From a virus, in the IMG/VR virus record IMGVR_UViG_3300047510_001668, positions 96,001-160,000 of that record: DNA of 64,000 bases; one strand, 5' to 3'. The position numbers and the translations under genes are program-made. Each line of letters opens with the position of its first letter. The first letter of the stretch is position 1. The notes beneath the pieces were generated by a model. That model was not told the DNA's origin. It was given only the letters and a program-made list of their open reading frames with translations, and searched no databases. Shown here one piece after another: positions 8,070 to 15,297 of this stretch.

Positions 8070-10105
8070 GGATTCCGGAAGAAGTTTGCACCAATGAGCT
8101 TGATGACGGTGGTGTTGAGATTGACGCCTACTTGATTTCCTTTGTCATCAGCAGCATCCATGGTGGGACGAATTAGAACAGAAGTGTTCAGATCCACACC
8201 TGGTTGCAATGCTGAGAAATGTAACTTGAAAGGTACAAGGTTTTGTCCTGTCATGGTGTTTTTCAACTCACGGTCAAGAGCACCAAATCTAACAACATTA
8301 CCCATGGGATGAACAAATGACACCCAGCTTGGTGTGTTGATGTCCATTTTTTCAAACTTCACTTTTGTTGCATCATATTCCACTTCAAATTGCAATCCTG
8401 TCAACTTCAATGTCTTGGTGTCCACAGTGAATGGGATGGCAATGGTGTTGCCTGTCACCACAACATTGTTCAACTGCACATCTATGCTTTGTCCGCTAGG
8501 AACTATTAGATTACCCCATTCGTAGATAGCTGCTTGTTGTTCTGTGACCAATGAAGAATGTGATAGATTCACATCACCCTTCAATGCGTAACGAAGGTCA
8601 AGGGTTTGTTCACTTGTAGTGGTTCGTGCGTGAACGTATCCTGATGTTTTATTACTGAACTTTGCATTGATGCGAAGTGCGTAATCTACATTTTGATTAT
8701 TGACATTTCTAATATTATTATTGAATACTGATGTGCCATTTGTTACTTTGGTGAAACTTGACGCAATCTTATAGAATGCCCAACTTGCATCACTTGACAT
8801 AAAGGTGACAGGTCCGTTATACACATCAAGAATATTCATCCACTTCACAGATGAAGGTGTGACCCCTGCTGGGAATTCACGCATATCCACATAGAATCTG
8901 GATTGACCTGCACCATATCCGTTCAAATTGATGATGGCATATTCCACTTCACCTGGAATGATATCAATAGTTTTGCCTGTCATCAAATCATTCCAATTGG
9001 TCAATGGTGTGTTGTCGTAATCTGCACCGTGGAACAATGGAATACTGATACTACAATTTGCTGCACAACCTGCTGGTGGTGCCATAATGGTATCCAATCC
9101 AGTTACGGCGTTGAATAACACTTGAACATCCCCACCATCAAATACACCATCGTTATTGACATCTGCTGCCCAATACTTCATACCCTTGTTGATGTTGTTG
9201 TTCTTGAATGTCTTATCAAGATTTTGGGTAATCCATTCTTGTTGTGCTGCTGTAAAGTCAGAGATAGTGGTTGCTGCCAAACTTAGTGGTGCTAAACTAT
9301 CTGCTGGTAATACCAATCGGAACTTGTATGGTGAGTTCACTTGCAGTTGTTGTGCAAAAGCAAATTGCCCATTACCACCCACCGCTGCATTAGCAACTTC
9401 TGTGGGTTGTGCCAATGTATCGGTAATAGACAACCGCATCAAATTTTTCAATCCTGCGGTAGTATTTGCACTATGTTTTACTTCACCGACAATCAAGTTG
9501 TTTGCGTTAGGTGCTAAATCAATCCACACACCTTTTGCCCCAACATTTTCTGTATTAGTCATGGTTTGACCATTCACATCATACCCAACAGCAAAGTTCA
9601 TGTATACGGAATCGTATGGGAACCCTGCGTCCGTCTTGGTGATTCTGAAACGGAGTTTGATGTAAGTCGCGTGTTCCATGTTGGCGGCACTGGACACATT
9701 CACTTGGATACGATTGATGGCATGATACGGAACTGTAGTTTGATTACAGGTGTATTGTGCGTATTGATAGTTGGTCCAACCATTTGTTGTGGTATTTTGT
9801 GTTGTTCTGTTGAACTTACAATTTGGATAATAGTAGTTGGTGTAGGTGAAGTTTGCAGCTTGTGGAATACCTGCACCTGGCTGTACATCTAATAATGTGA
9901 TGGCATCCTTTTGATGCTGGAAATCAAAGAACACAGAACGAATGGTAGTGAAGTTGGGGTTCAACTTCACTTCCAAAGAAATTGTATCGTTTTTAGCGAT
10001 AGCACCACCATTAACATTTGTATTAATAGTATTACTGCCCCACCATAGGGCAGGTTGAGCCTGTAGTGCAATTGGCACCAACAGGAGTGCTAGAAATCTG
10101 TACAT
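8066..10105 (-). CDS. secreted cohesin- and dockerin-domain protein
   Basis: Start MYRFLALL (signal peptide); dockerin-like ADVNNDGVFDGGDV; cohesin-like N- and C-terminal domains (LTGLQFEVEYDATKVKF). Confidence 0.7.
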   Translation of the reverse strand: MYRFLALLLVPIALQAQPALWWGSNTINTNVNGGAIAKNDTISLEVKLNPNFTTIRSVFFDFQHQKDAITLLDVQPGAGIPQAANFTYTNYYYPNCKFNRTTQNTTTNGWTNYQYAQYTCNQTTVPYHAINRIQVNVSSAANMEHATYIKLRFRITKTDAGFPYDSVYMNFAVGYDVNGQTMTNTENVGAKGVWIDLAPNANNLIVGEVKHSANTTAGLKNLMRLSITDTLAQPTEVANAAVGGNGQFAFAQQLQVNSPYKFRLVLPADSLAPLSLAATTISDFTAAQQEWITQNLDKTFKNNNINKGMKYWAADVNNDGVFDGGDVQVLFNAVTGLDTIMAPPAGCAANCSISIPLFHGADYDNTPLTNWNDLMTGKTIDIIPGEVEYAIINLNGYGAGQSRFYVDMREFPAGVTPSSVKWMNILDVYNGPVTFMSSDASWAFYKIASSFTKVTNGTSVFNNNIRNVNNQNVDYALRINAKFSNKTSGYVHARTTTSEQTLDLRYALKGDVNLSHSSLVTEQQAAIYEWGNLIVPSGQSIDVQLNNVVVTGNTIAIPFTVDTKTLKLTGLQFEVEYDATKVKFEKMDINTPSWVSFVHPMGNVVRFGALDRELKNTMTGQNLVPFKLHFSALQPGVDLNTSVLIRPTMDAADDKGNQVGVNLNTTVIKLIGANFFRNP

Positions 10106-10106
10106 A

Positions 10107-10589
10107 TTACTCCGTGAGTTTAGTGATGAGGGCAATGCTGGACTTCTTCAATGCATTGCTTAAGCTCGTTTGATTGAACTTGCCGCCATTATCAATGATT
10201 AATGTTGACATGGACACTTCACTGGAACTTTCCTCCACAACAACTTCCTTCACTTTTTTGCCGTTCATCATCAGAGTACCCTTCATACGAATCACCACTG
10301 CCTCATCCCGCTTCTGAATGATGGACACGTTCTTCTTGGTGGTGAGCACATCCAGAAAGATGATTTCCACCTTCAACTTCAAAGGGGCTTCTTCAGTCAA
10401 TTCATATTCTTGTTCTAATAGGGCTTCTTCCAAGATGTTCTTCACGCCGAATTCCAAATTACGATTGCCAGCTACTGGACCAATCATCACCTTGTTTTCT
10501 ACTTTTTCCACACTGATTTTCTTTTCTGCGTTCAAAGGCATGATGGTCATCATGCTGTTCATAACGATACCCAGAATCATGGATATCAT
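10107..10589 (-). CDS. CsgG/LptE-like envelope protein
   Basis: N-terminal hydrophobic segment; FGVKNILEEAL, FNQTSLSNALKKS, same alpha/beta pattern as 4985..5695. Confidence 0.5.
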   Translation of the reverse strand: MISMILGIVMNSMMTIMPLNAEKKISVEKVENKVMIGPVAGNRNLEFGVKNILEEALLEQEYELTEEAPLKLKVEIIFLDVLTTKKNVSIIQKRDEAVVIRMKGTLMMNGKKVKEVVVEESSSEVSMSTLIIDNGGKFNQTSLSNALKKSSIALITKLTE

Positions 10590-10611
10590 TGCTAGTCTCC
10601 GGAATAGGGAA

Positions 10612-10651
10612 ACCCCGTGATTTCTACGTCATAATGTAAAAATCACGGGGT
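10612..10651. other. inverted repeat (hairpin) in the leader of the envelope operon
   Basis: ACCCCGTGATTT(C)TAC-8 nt-GTA(A)AAATCACGGGGT. Confidence 0.65.
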
Positions 10652-10669
10652 CGTCAGTTGTACTACAGT

Positions 10670-10677
10670 TATTTATA
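10670..10677 (-). promoter_or_regulatory. T4-type late promoter TATAAATA
   Basis: Exact T4 late consensus, intergenic, upstream of the envelope operon; gp55 is encoded in the window. Confidence 0.75.
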
Positions 10678-11160
10678 TTAAATATATTGAGACACCAACA
10701 CTTCCTTCAATCTGTCTGCTGCAACTGATGCTGCGAACGCATTTGGCTTGATTTGAGGGGTCATTTGACACACACCCTTGATGTAGCCCATGGCCTGTTG
10801 AACCACAGCATTGCTGCCATGTTCTTCACCAGGATTGATGTCAAGATGAATTTCTACTTGACGATCCACCAGCACCTCTGCCAGTTTCAGATACAGCTCA
10901 GACACCTTGTACACCTCAGTCATCAGACGCACCACAGGACGATCCTGCCGTTGGTCAAAGTCCTGCTCTGTTTGCACCTCACCAAATATCTTGCAGCCGT
11001 GACACCCATCCAGGTGCACCACAACTGCCAATGTGTAATCCGCCATCCAACGCCCATTCTTCATATACCGTTCTGAGTCTGCGCCGAGATACACCCTGGT
11101 CTCTGGGCTTTGTTGGCGGATGTATTCCATCACCTTGTCATAATCAAGTGGATTTCTCAT
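10678..11160 (-). CDS. RNase H-like YkuK (DUF458) family protein
   Basis: VYLGADS, VEIHLDIN, IKPNAFAASVAAD motifs. Confidence 0.8.
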   Translation of the reverse strand: MRNPLDYDKVMEYIRQQSPETRVYLGADSERYMKNGRWMADYTLAVVVHLDGCHGCKIFGEVQTEQDFDQRQDRPVVRLMTEVYKVSELYLKLAEVLVDRQVEIHLDINPGEEHGSNAVVQQAMGYIKGVCQMTPQIKPNAFAASVAADRLKEVLVSQYI

Positions 11161-11162
11161 AA

Positions 11163-11264
11163 TTACTGGGTTACAAGTTCACGTTCTGTCTCTCCGAACC
11201 TTCTGCGATACACTGTCTTGCCACCATCGGGTGATTCATAAATCCATACTTCCTGTTCTGTCAT
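11163..11264 (-). CDS. small phage protein (33 aa)
   Basis: MTEQEVWIYESPDGGKTVYRRRFGETERELVTQ with GGAGG SD; not in the ORF track. Confidence 0.65.
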   Translation of the reverse strand: MTEQEVWIYESPDGGKTVYRRRFGETERELVTQ

Positions 11265-11280
11265 ACATCCTCCTGAGTGA

Positions 11281-11352
11281 CGGGCCCACTAGGACTCGAA
11301 CCTAGAACGACGGTTTTGGAGACCGCTGTGTTACCAATTACACCATGAACCC
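11281..11352 (-). tRNA. tRNA-Trp(CCA)
   Basis: Cloverleaf; anticodon loop CT-CCA-AA. Confidence 0.92.
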
Positions 11353-11353
11353 A

Positions 11354-11428
11354 AGGGCGAGGCGGGATTCGAACCCGCGGTTTTAGAGTTTTGCAGACTC
11401 TTGCATTGGGCCACTCTGCCACCCGCCC
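11354..11428 (-). tRNA. tRNA-Cys(GCA)
   Basis: Cloverleaf; CT-GCA-AA. Confidence 0.92.
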
Positions 11429-11434
11429 GTATGC

Positions 11435-11587
11435 TTATCTATATTGCTCTGTGGCCATGGCTTTCTGAATGTCTCCTCCTTGTAGAGGATCCTCAGATGA
11501 TGAGCGGGTCAAGGTGAAGGCAAAAATTAAAAAAATCACCAAAGCAATAAATGAAATGATGTTAGGTAAGTTATCTTTGTTTTCCAT
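11435..11587 (-). CDS. single-TM small protein (50 aa)
   Basis: Start reassigned to MENKDNLP (AGGAGG SD); the longer track ORF runs through tRNA-Pro. Confidence 0.65.
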   Translation of the reverse strand: MENKDNLPNIISFIALVIFLIFAFTLTRSSSEDPLQGGDIQKAMATEQYR

Positions 11588-11604
11588 ACATCCTCCTGTA
11601 GAAG

Positions 11605-11677
11605 TCGAGGAGACAGGACTCGAACCTGCGACATCCTGCTCCCAAAGCAGGCACTCTACCAACTGAGCTACTCCTCG
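11605..11677 (-). tRNA. tRNA-Pro(TGG)
   Basis: Cloverleaf; TT-TGG-GA. Confidence 0.93.
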
Positions 11678-11685
11678 ATGATTGT

Positions 11686-11713
11686 AATATACAACATTTC
11701 TTTCATTTGTCAA
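11686..11713 (-). promoter_or_regulatory. sigma70-type promoter inside the tRNA array
   Basis: TTGACA-N16-TATATT. Confidence 0.7.
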
Positions 11714-11716
11714 GCA

Positions 11717-11790
11717 CGCGCCTGAAAGGATTCGAACCTATAACCTTCTGATCCGTAGTCAGATGCTCTATCCAGTTGAGCTACAAGCGC
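11717..11790 (-). tRNA. tRNA-Arg(ACG)
   Basis: Cloverleaf; CT-ACG-GA. Confidence 0.93.
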
Positions 11791-11794
11791 CTGA

Positions 11795-11867
<73 letters not shown>

Positions 11868-11869
11868 AG

Positions 11870-11944
11870 GGTGACTGACGGGATTCGAACCCGCGACCCT
11901 CGGAACCACAATCCGATGCTCTAACCAGCTGAGCTACAATCACC
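11870..11944 (-). tRNA. tRNA-His(GTG)
   Basis: Cloverleaf; TT-GTG-GT; encoded G-1 and C73. Confidence 0.93.
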
Positions 11945-11945
11945 A

Positions 11946-12022
11946 TGGAGTCCTTGGCGAGACTTGAACTCACAACCCGCTCCTTAGGACGGAGCCGCTC
12001 TATCCAGTTGAGCTACAAGGAC
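11946..12022 (-). tRNA. tRNA-Arg(CCT)
   Basis: Cloverleaf; GT-CCT-AA; encoded CCA end. Confidence 0.9.
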
Positions 12023-12023
12023 A

Positions 12024-12113
12024 CGGACAGAGAGGGATTCGAACCCTCGGTACAGCTTTTGACCGTACGGCGGTTTAGCAAACCGCTGCCTTAAGCCTCT
12101 CGGCCATCTGTCC
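12024..12113 (-). tRNA. tRNA-Ser(GCT)
   Basis: Long variable arm; TT-GCT-AA. Confidence 0.93.
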
Positions 12114-12115
12114 AA

Positions 12116-12189
12116 CGCTCCTGGAGGGACTCGAACCCCCAACCCACTGAGTAGAAATCAGTTGCGCTATCCAATTACGCCACAAGAGC
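12116..12189 (-). tRNA. tRNA-Arg(TCT)
   Basis: Cloverleaf; TT-TCT-AC. Confidence 0.92.
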
Positions 12190-12192
12190 AAG

Positions 12193-12266
12193 TACACCAG
12201 GCTAGAGTTGAACTAGCGACCCCCGGTGTATCAGACCGGTGCTCTAACCAGCTGAGCTACTGGTGT
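12193..12266 (-). tRNA. tRNA-Ile(GAT)
   Basis: Cloverleaf; CT-GAT-AC. Confidence 0.92.
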
Positions 12267-12269
12267 GTA

Positions 12270-12353
12270 TGGGAGTGGAAGGATTCGAACCTACTAGGCC
12301 TATTGGCGACAGATTTACAGTCTGTTGTAGTCCTCCAGCTCTACAGCACTCCC
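12270..12353 (-). tRNA. tRNA-Tyr(GTA)
   Basis: Long variable arm; CT-GTA-AA; somewhat atypical D-arm. Confidence 0.88.
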
Positions 12354-12533
12354 CTACTTCAGTTCCTCTACTTCTATCATGATGTTGCCACGTGCACCTA
12401 CAGAAGGCCAAAAAGCAATATCAAATTTATTGAAATCCAATTTTCCTAATGCTTCTTCCACACTAGTGACGGCTTCTTTTCTTGTGGTGTACTTACCTGG
12501 GACTGGAATGCCGTTATACTTTACAATGAACAT
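12354..12533 (-). CDS. hypothetical protein (59 aa)
   Basis: Start MFIVKYNG with AAGGAG SD. Confidence 0.65.
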   Translation of the reverse strand: MFIVKYNGIPVPGKYTTRKEAVTSVEEALGKLDFNKFDIAFWPSVGARGNIMIEVEELK

Positions 12534-12548
12534 GATGTCTCCTTGTGA

Positions 12549-12622
12549 TAGCTGAGGCCGGACTTGAACCGGCGACCCCGGCATTATGAGTGCCGTGCTC
12601 TAACCAGCTGAGCTACCCAGCC
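12549..12622 (-). tRNA. tRNA-Met(CAT), elongator-like (Ile2 not excluded)
   Basis: Cloverleaf; CT-CAT-AA; paired 1-72, so not initiator-like. Confidence 0.88.
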
Positions 12623-12624
12623 AA

Positions 12625-12698
12625 CGGAATCGACGGGACTCGAACCCGCAACCCCCGCAGTGACAGTGCGGTGCGCTAACCGATTGCGCCACGACTCC
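12625..12698 (-). tRNA. tRNA-Asp(GTC)
   Basis: Cloverleaf; CT-GTC-AC. Confidence 0.93.
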
Positions 12699-12701
12699 AA
12701 G

Positions 12702-12773
12702 CTCCTCGGGCTGGACTCGAACCAGCAACCCTTCGATTAACAGTCGAATGCTCCACCGTTGAGCTACCGAGGA
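12702..12773 (-). tRNA. tRNA-Asn(GTT)
   Basis: Cloverleaf; CT-GTT-AA. Confidence 0.93.
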
Positions 12774-12774
12774 A

Positions 12775-12850
12775 TGGTGCCAAGAGACAGAATCGAACTG
12801 CCGACACGTGGTTCTTCAGACCACTGCTCTACCAACTGAGCTATCTTGGC
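12775..12850 (-). tRNA. tRNA-Phe(GAA)
   Basis: Cloverleaf; CT-GAA-GA; encoded CCA end. Confidence 0.93.
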
Positions 12851-12856
12851 GTACAG

Positions 12857-12929
12857 AGCGAGCGATGGGGTTCGAACCCACGACATCAACGTTGGCAACG
12901 TTGCGCTCTACCAGCTGAGCTACGCTCGC
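12857..12929 (-). tRNA. tRNA-Gly(GCC)
   Basis: Cloverleaf; TT-GCC-AA. Confidence 0.93.
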
Positions 12930-12939
12930 AAACTACAAA

Positions 12940-13011
12940 TGCCCCGACTAGGACTCGAACCTAGAACCTGGTGATTAAGAGTCACATGCTCTACCATTGA
13001 GCTATCGAGGC
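12940..13011 (-). tRNA. tRNA-Lys(CTT)
   Basis: Cloverleaf; CT-CTT-AA. Confidence 0.92.
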
Positions 13012-13391
13012 GTTCTATAAGTTCTAGCAGATTTTCTTTTTCCTGTATTCTTAAAAGTTTTCTTTAGTGAGTGACAATTAGGACAGAGAACTCTTAAATT
13101 TTCACGTAAATTATTATAAGCATCACCATCAATATGGTCAACATCTAATGGTACAGTATTTGTATATGGATTTACATCACCCCAACCACATTCTGAACAT
13201 TGATGTTTTGCTTCTTCTAATAAAAATCTACGCATCCAGACAGGAACAGAAATACCACCTTTTCTTATAAAGTTTTTACCTTCTAACCATGTAGATATTG
13301 AACTCTTGTATTGAAATGCTTGTTGACATTTACCATCACAAAAAGTATTTCTACCTGGTATCTCTTTACTACAGTTTTTACAAGTTTTCAT
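13002..13391 (-). mobile_element. free-standing HNH homing endonuclease gene
   Basis: N-terminal Cys-rich finger, LDVDHIDGDAYNN..ENLRVLCPNCH; AT-rich; stop codon inside tRNA-Lys. Confidence 0.88.
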
Positions 13392-13408
13392 ACGACCTCC
13401 TATATATG

Positions 13409-13416
13409 TATTTATA
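13409..13416 (-). promoter_or_regulatory. late promoter TATAAATA for HNH gene
   Basis: Exact consensus followed by GGAGG SD and ATG. Confidence 0.75.
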
Positions 13417-13431
13417 AGGTCGTGAACTTAG

Positions 13432-13504
13432 AGCTAGCAGTCGGAATCGAACCGACGACATCCTCATTACAAGTGAGGTGCTCTGCCAACTGAGCTATGC
13501 TAGC
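13432..13504 (-). tRNA. tRNA-Thr(TGT)
   Basis: Cloverleaf; CT-TGT-AA. Confidence 0.93.
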
Positions 13505-13517
13505 AAACATACAACAG

Positions 13518-13590
13518 AGCGAGCGATGGGACTCGAACCCACAACAACCTGCTTGGAAGGCAGGGACTCTAGCCATTGAGCTACGCTCGC
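13518..13590 (-). tRNA. tRNA-Gly(TCC)
   Basis: Cloverleaf; CT-TCC-AA. Confidence 0.92.
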
Positions 13591-13593
13591 AAG

Positions 13594-13667
13594 TCCGCCG
13601 GGAGGGACTTGAACCCCCACATCTTTCGCATATAAGGCGACTGCCTTCACCATTTGGCTACCGGCGG
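13594..13667 (-). tRNA. tRNA-Ile(TAT)
   Basis: Acceptor CCGCCGG/CCGGCGG, TTCAAGT T-loop, anticodon loop CT-TAT-AT; top anticodon-stem pair mismatched. Confidence 0.82.
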
Positions 13668-13671
13668 ATGA

Positions 13672-13745
13672 TGCACCCCCTGGGATTCGAACCCAGCCCT
13701 AAAAGATTAAAAGTCTCTTGTGCTAACCGCTGACACTAGGGGTGC
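13672..13745 (-). tRNA. tRNA-Lys(TTT)
   Basis: Cloverleaf; CT-TTT-AA. Confidence 0.9.
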
Positions 13746-13753
13746 TTGTGACA

Positions 13754-13836
13754 TGCTCCGGGCGAGACTCGAACTCGCAAGACCTTTCGGTCGGGGGATT
13801 TTAAGTCCCCTGTGTATACCATTTCACCACCAGAGC
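13754..13836 (-). tRNA. tRNA-Leu(TAA)
   Basis: Long variable arm; CT-TAA-AA. Confidence 0.92.
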
Positions 13837-13839
13837 TTA

Positions 13840-13922
13840 TGCATTCAGAGGGGGTCGAACCCACACGCCTTGTCGGCGCCAGATCCTAAGTCTGGTGCGT
13901 CTGCCAATTCCGCCATGAATGC
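13840..13922 (-). tRNA. tRNA-Leu(TAG)
   Basis: Long variable arm; CT-TAG-GA. Confidence 0.92.
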
Positions 13923-13932
13923 ATTTCAGTTA

Positions 13933-14316
13933 TCAATCAGCAACCTCTTCTATCTCAACAGGTCCGTAAAACACAATTTCACAATCTGAACATTCCCAGC
14001 CTGCCTCTTCCGGATAGAATGTTGCGGATTCTAGAAGTTTCTGTTCCTTCTTGGACAAATCTTCCACACCCACTCTGTCTGTCCAACACCCATCATTTAA
14101 ATTATGATCCATTCTGCTGTATTCATCTGACACCAAAGTGTCACCTTCTGTCCAGCCATTCTCACGTGGGTCTTCCTCCACCCAAACCTCACCCCAACGA
14201 TACCAGGTGTTTTCTTCAAAGTAGATGCGTTTACCATTGCCTAGCACCTTCTCCCAAACGCATTGTTCACACACATCCTTTTTATCAACATTGGAAATTT
14301 TAAATGACATAATCAC
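13933..14316 (-). CDS. acidic hypothetical protein
   Basis: Track ORF with GAGG SD, between tRNAs. Confidence 0.7.
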   Translation of the reverse strand: MIMSFKISNVDKKDVCEQCVWEKVLGNGKRIYFEENTWYRWGEVWVEEDPRENGWTEGDTLVSDEYSRMDHNLNDGCWTDRVGVEDLSKKEQKLLESATFYPEEAGWECSDCEIVFYGPVEIEEVAD

Positions 14317-14331
14317 CTCATGATGAAGAAG

Positions 14332-14416
14332 CGGACAGGGAGGGATTCGAACCCCCGGAACCTTTCAGTTCTTCGGTTTTCAAGACCGATGCAATAAACC
14401 GCTCTACCACCTGTCC
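14332..14416 (-). tRNA. tRNA-Ser(TGA)
   Basis: Long variable arm; CT-TGA-AA. Confidence 0.92.
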
Positions 14417-14423
14417 AATAACA

Positions 14424-14559
14424 ACCTCAGGCGTCCCTGAGGTGAACACTTGTAGTCCTGCGGCAAAGTACAATAGAAGCTGTCTAGAAGATTTCTATTC
14501 ACATATAGCCTAGCGGAACCTTTCGGTAATAACTATATTTCATATACCTACAAGTATTC
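14424..14559 (-). ncRNA. candidate structured RNA between tRNA-Leu(CAA) and tRNA-Ser(TGA)
   Basis: 12-bp closing stem GAATACTTGTAG/CTACAAGTGTTC enclosing two clear hairpins, plus a 3' hairpin ACCTCAGG/CCTGAGGT. Confidence 0.55.
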
Positions 14560-14561
14560 TA

Positions 14562-14644
14562 TGCTCCCGGTGAGACTCGAACTCACAAGCCTGTGAAGGC
14601 AGAGGTTTTTGAGACCTCCGTGTATACCATTCCACCACAAGAGC
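14562..14644 (-). tRNA. tRNA-Leu(CAA)
   Basis: Long variable arm; CT-CAA-AA. Confidence 0.92.
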
Positions 14645-14703
14645 AGGTGTGATGCCAGTTAACATTATGGATTCTCGCAGACCACTGGCACCACAAGCGA
14701 GAA

Positions 14704-14776
14704 TGGGTAGTGAGGGACTCGAACCCCCGACAGCCTGCGTGTAAAGCAGGTGCTCTACCAGCTGAGCTAACCACCC
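14704..14776 (-). tRNA. tRNA-Val(TAC)
   Basis: Cloverleaf; TT-TAC-AC. Confidence 0.93.
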
Positions 14777-15168
14777 CTTTTATATCTACCTAAGTATCCG
14801 TTTCTTTTAGTATTTTTTGTGTTTCTTGAAACCCAGGTATCTGTTTGTGTGTGACAATTAGGACACAACAATCTTAAATTTTCTATTTTATTGTTATCTG
14901 AATTACCATCAATGTGGTCTAATTGCAGTGTCAATTCTTTCCCATTATGAAATGGCATCTGACCACATATTACACAAACATCACCTAAAGTTTCTTTCAG
15001 ATACTTTTTTAAAGCACCCACATTAGAACAAACCCCTTCTAATATTTTTGGAATTGAAATAGTTTTGTATTTAAATTCTCCTTGGCACTTATTACTGCAA
15101 TACTTGCCTGTTTTTTGTGATGGGAAAAAGTGTATCTCCTTTTCACAATTTAAACATTTACCTACCAT
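14767..15168 (-). mobile_element. free-standing HNH homing endonuclease gene
   Basis: CLNC...CSNKC finger; LQLDHIDGNSDNNKIENLRLLCPNCH; AT-rich; stop codon inside tRNA-Val. Confidence 0.88.
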
Positions 15169-15196
15169 CTTTTCTCCTTGTTAGACCTTACAATTT

Positions 15197-15204
15197 ATTT
15201 ATAC
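15197..15204 (-). promoter_or_regulatory. late promoter TATAAATA for second HNH gene
   Basis: Exact consensus, intergenic, followed by AAGGAG SD. Confidence 0.75.
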
Positions 15205-15219
15205 GGTCTAAGTTTTTCA

Positions 15220-15292
15220 TGGACCTGAACGGGATCGAACCGATGACCTCCTGAATGCAAATCAGGCGCTCTCCCAGCTGAGCTACAGGCCC
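15220..15292 (-). tRNA. tRNA-Ala(TGC)
   Basis: Cloverleaf; TT-TGC-AT; G3-U70 pair. Confidence 0.93.
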
Positions 15293-15297
15293 GAGGT

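Noticed and set aside
14424-14559. Theta/HDV-like, hammerhead or twister ribozyme at the tRNA-Leu 3' end
   Set aside because: No CUGAnGA/GAAA core or twister motifs; the HDV order P3-P1'-GG-P4 is not met by eye; kept only as an unclassified RNA
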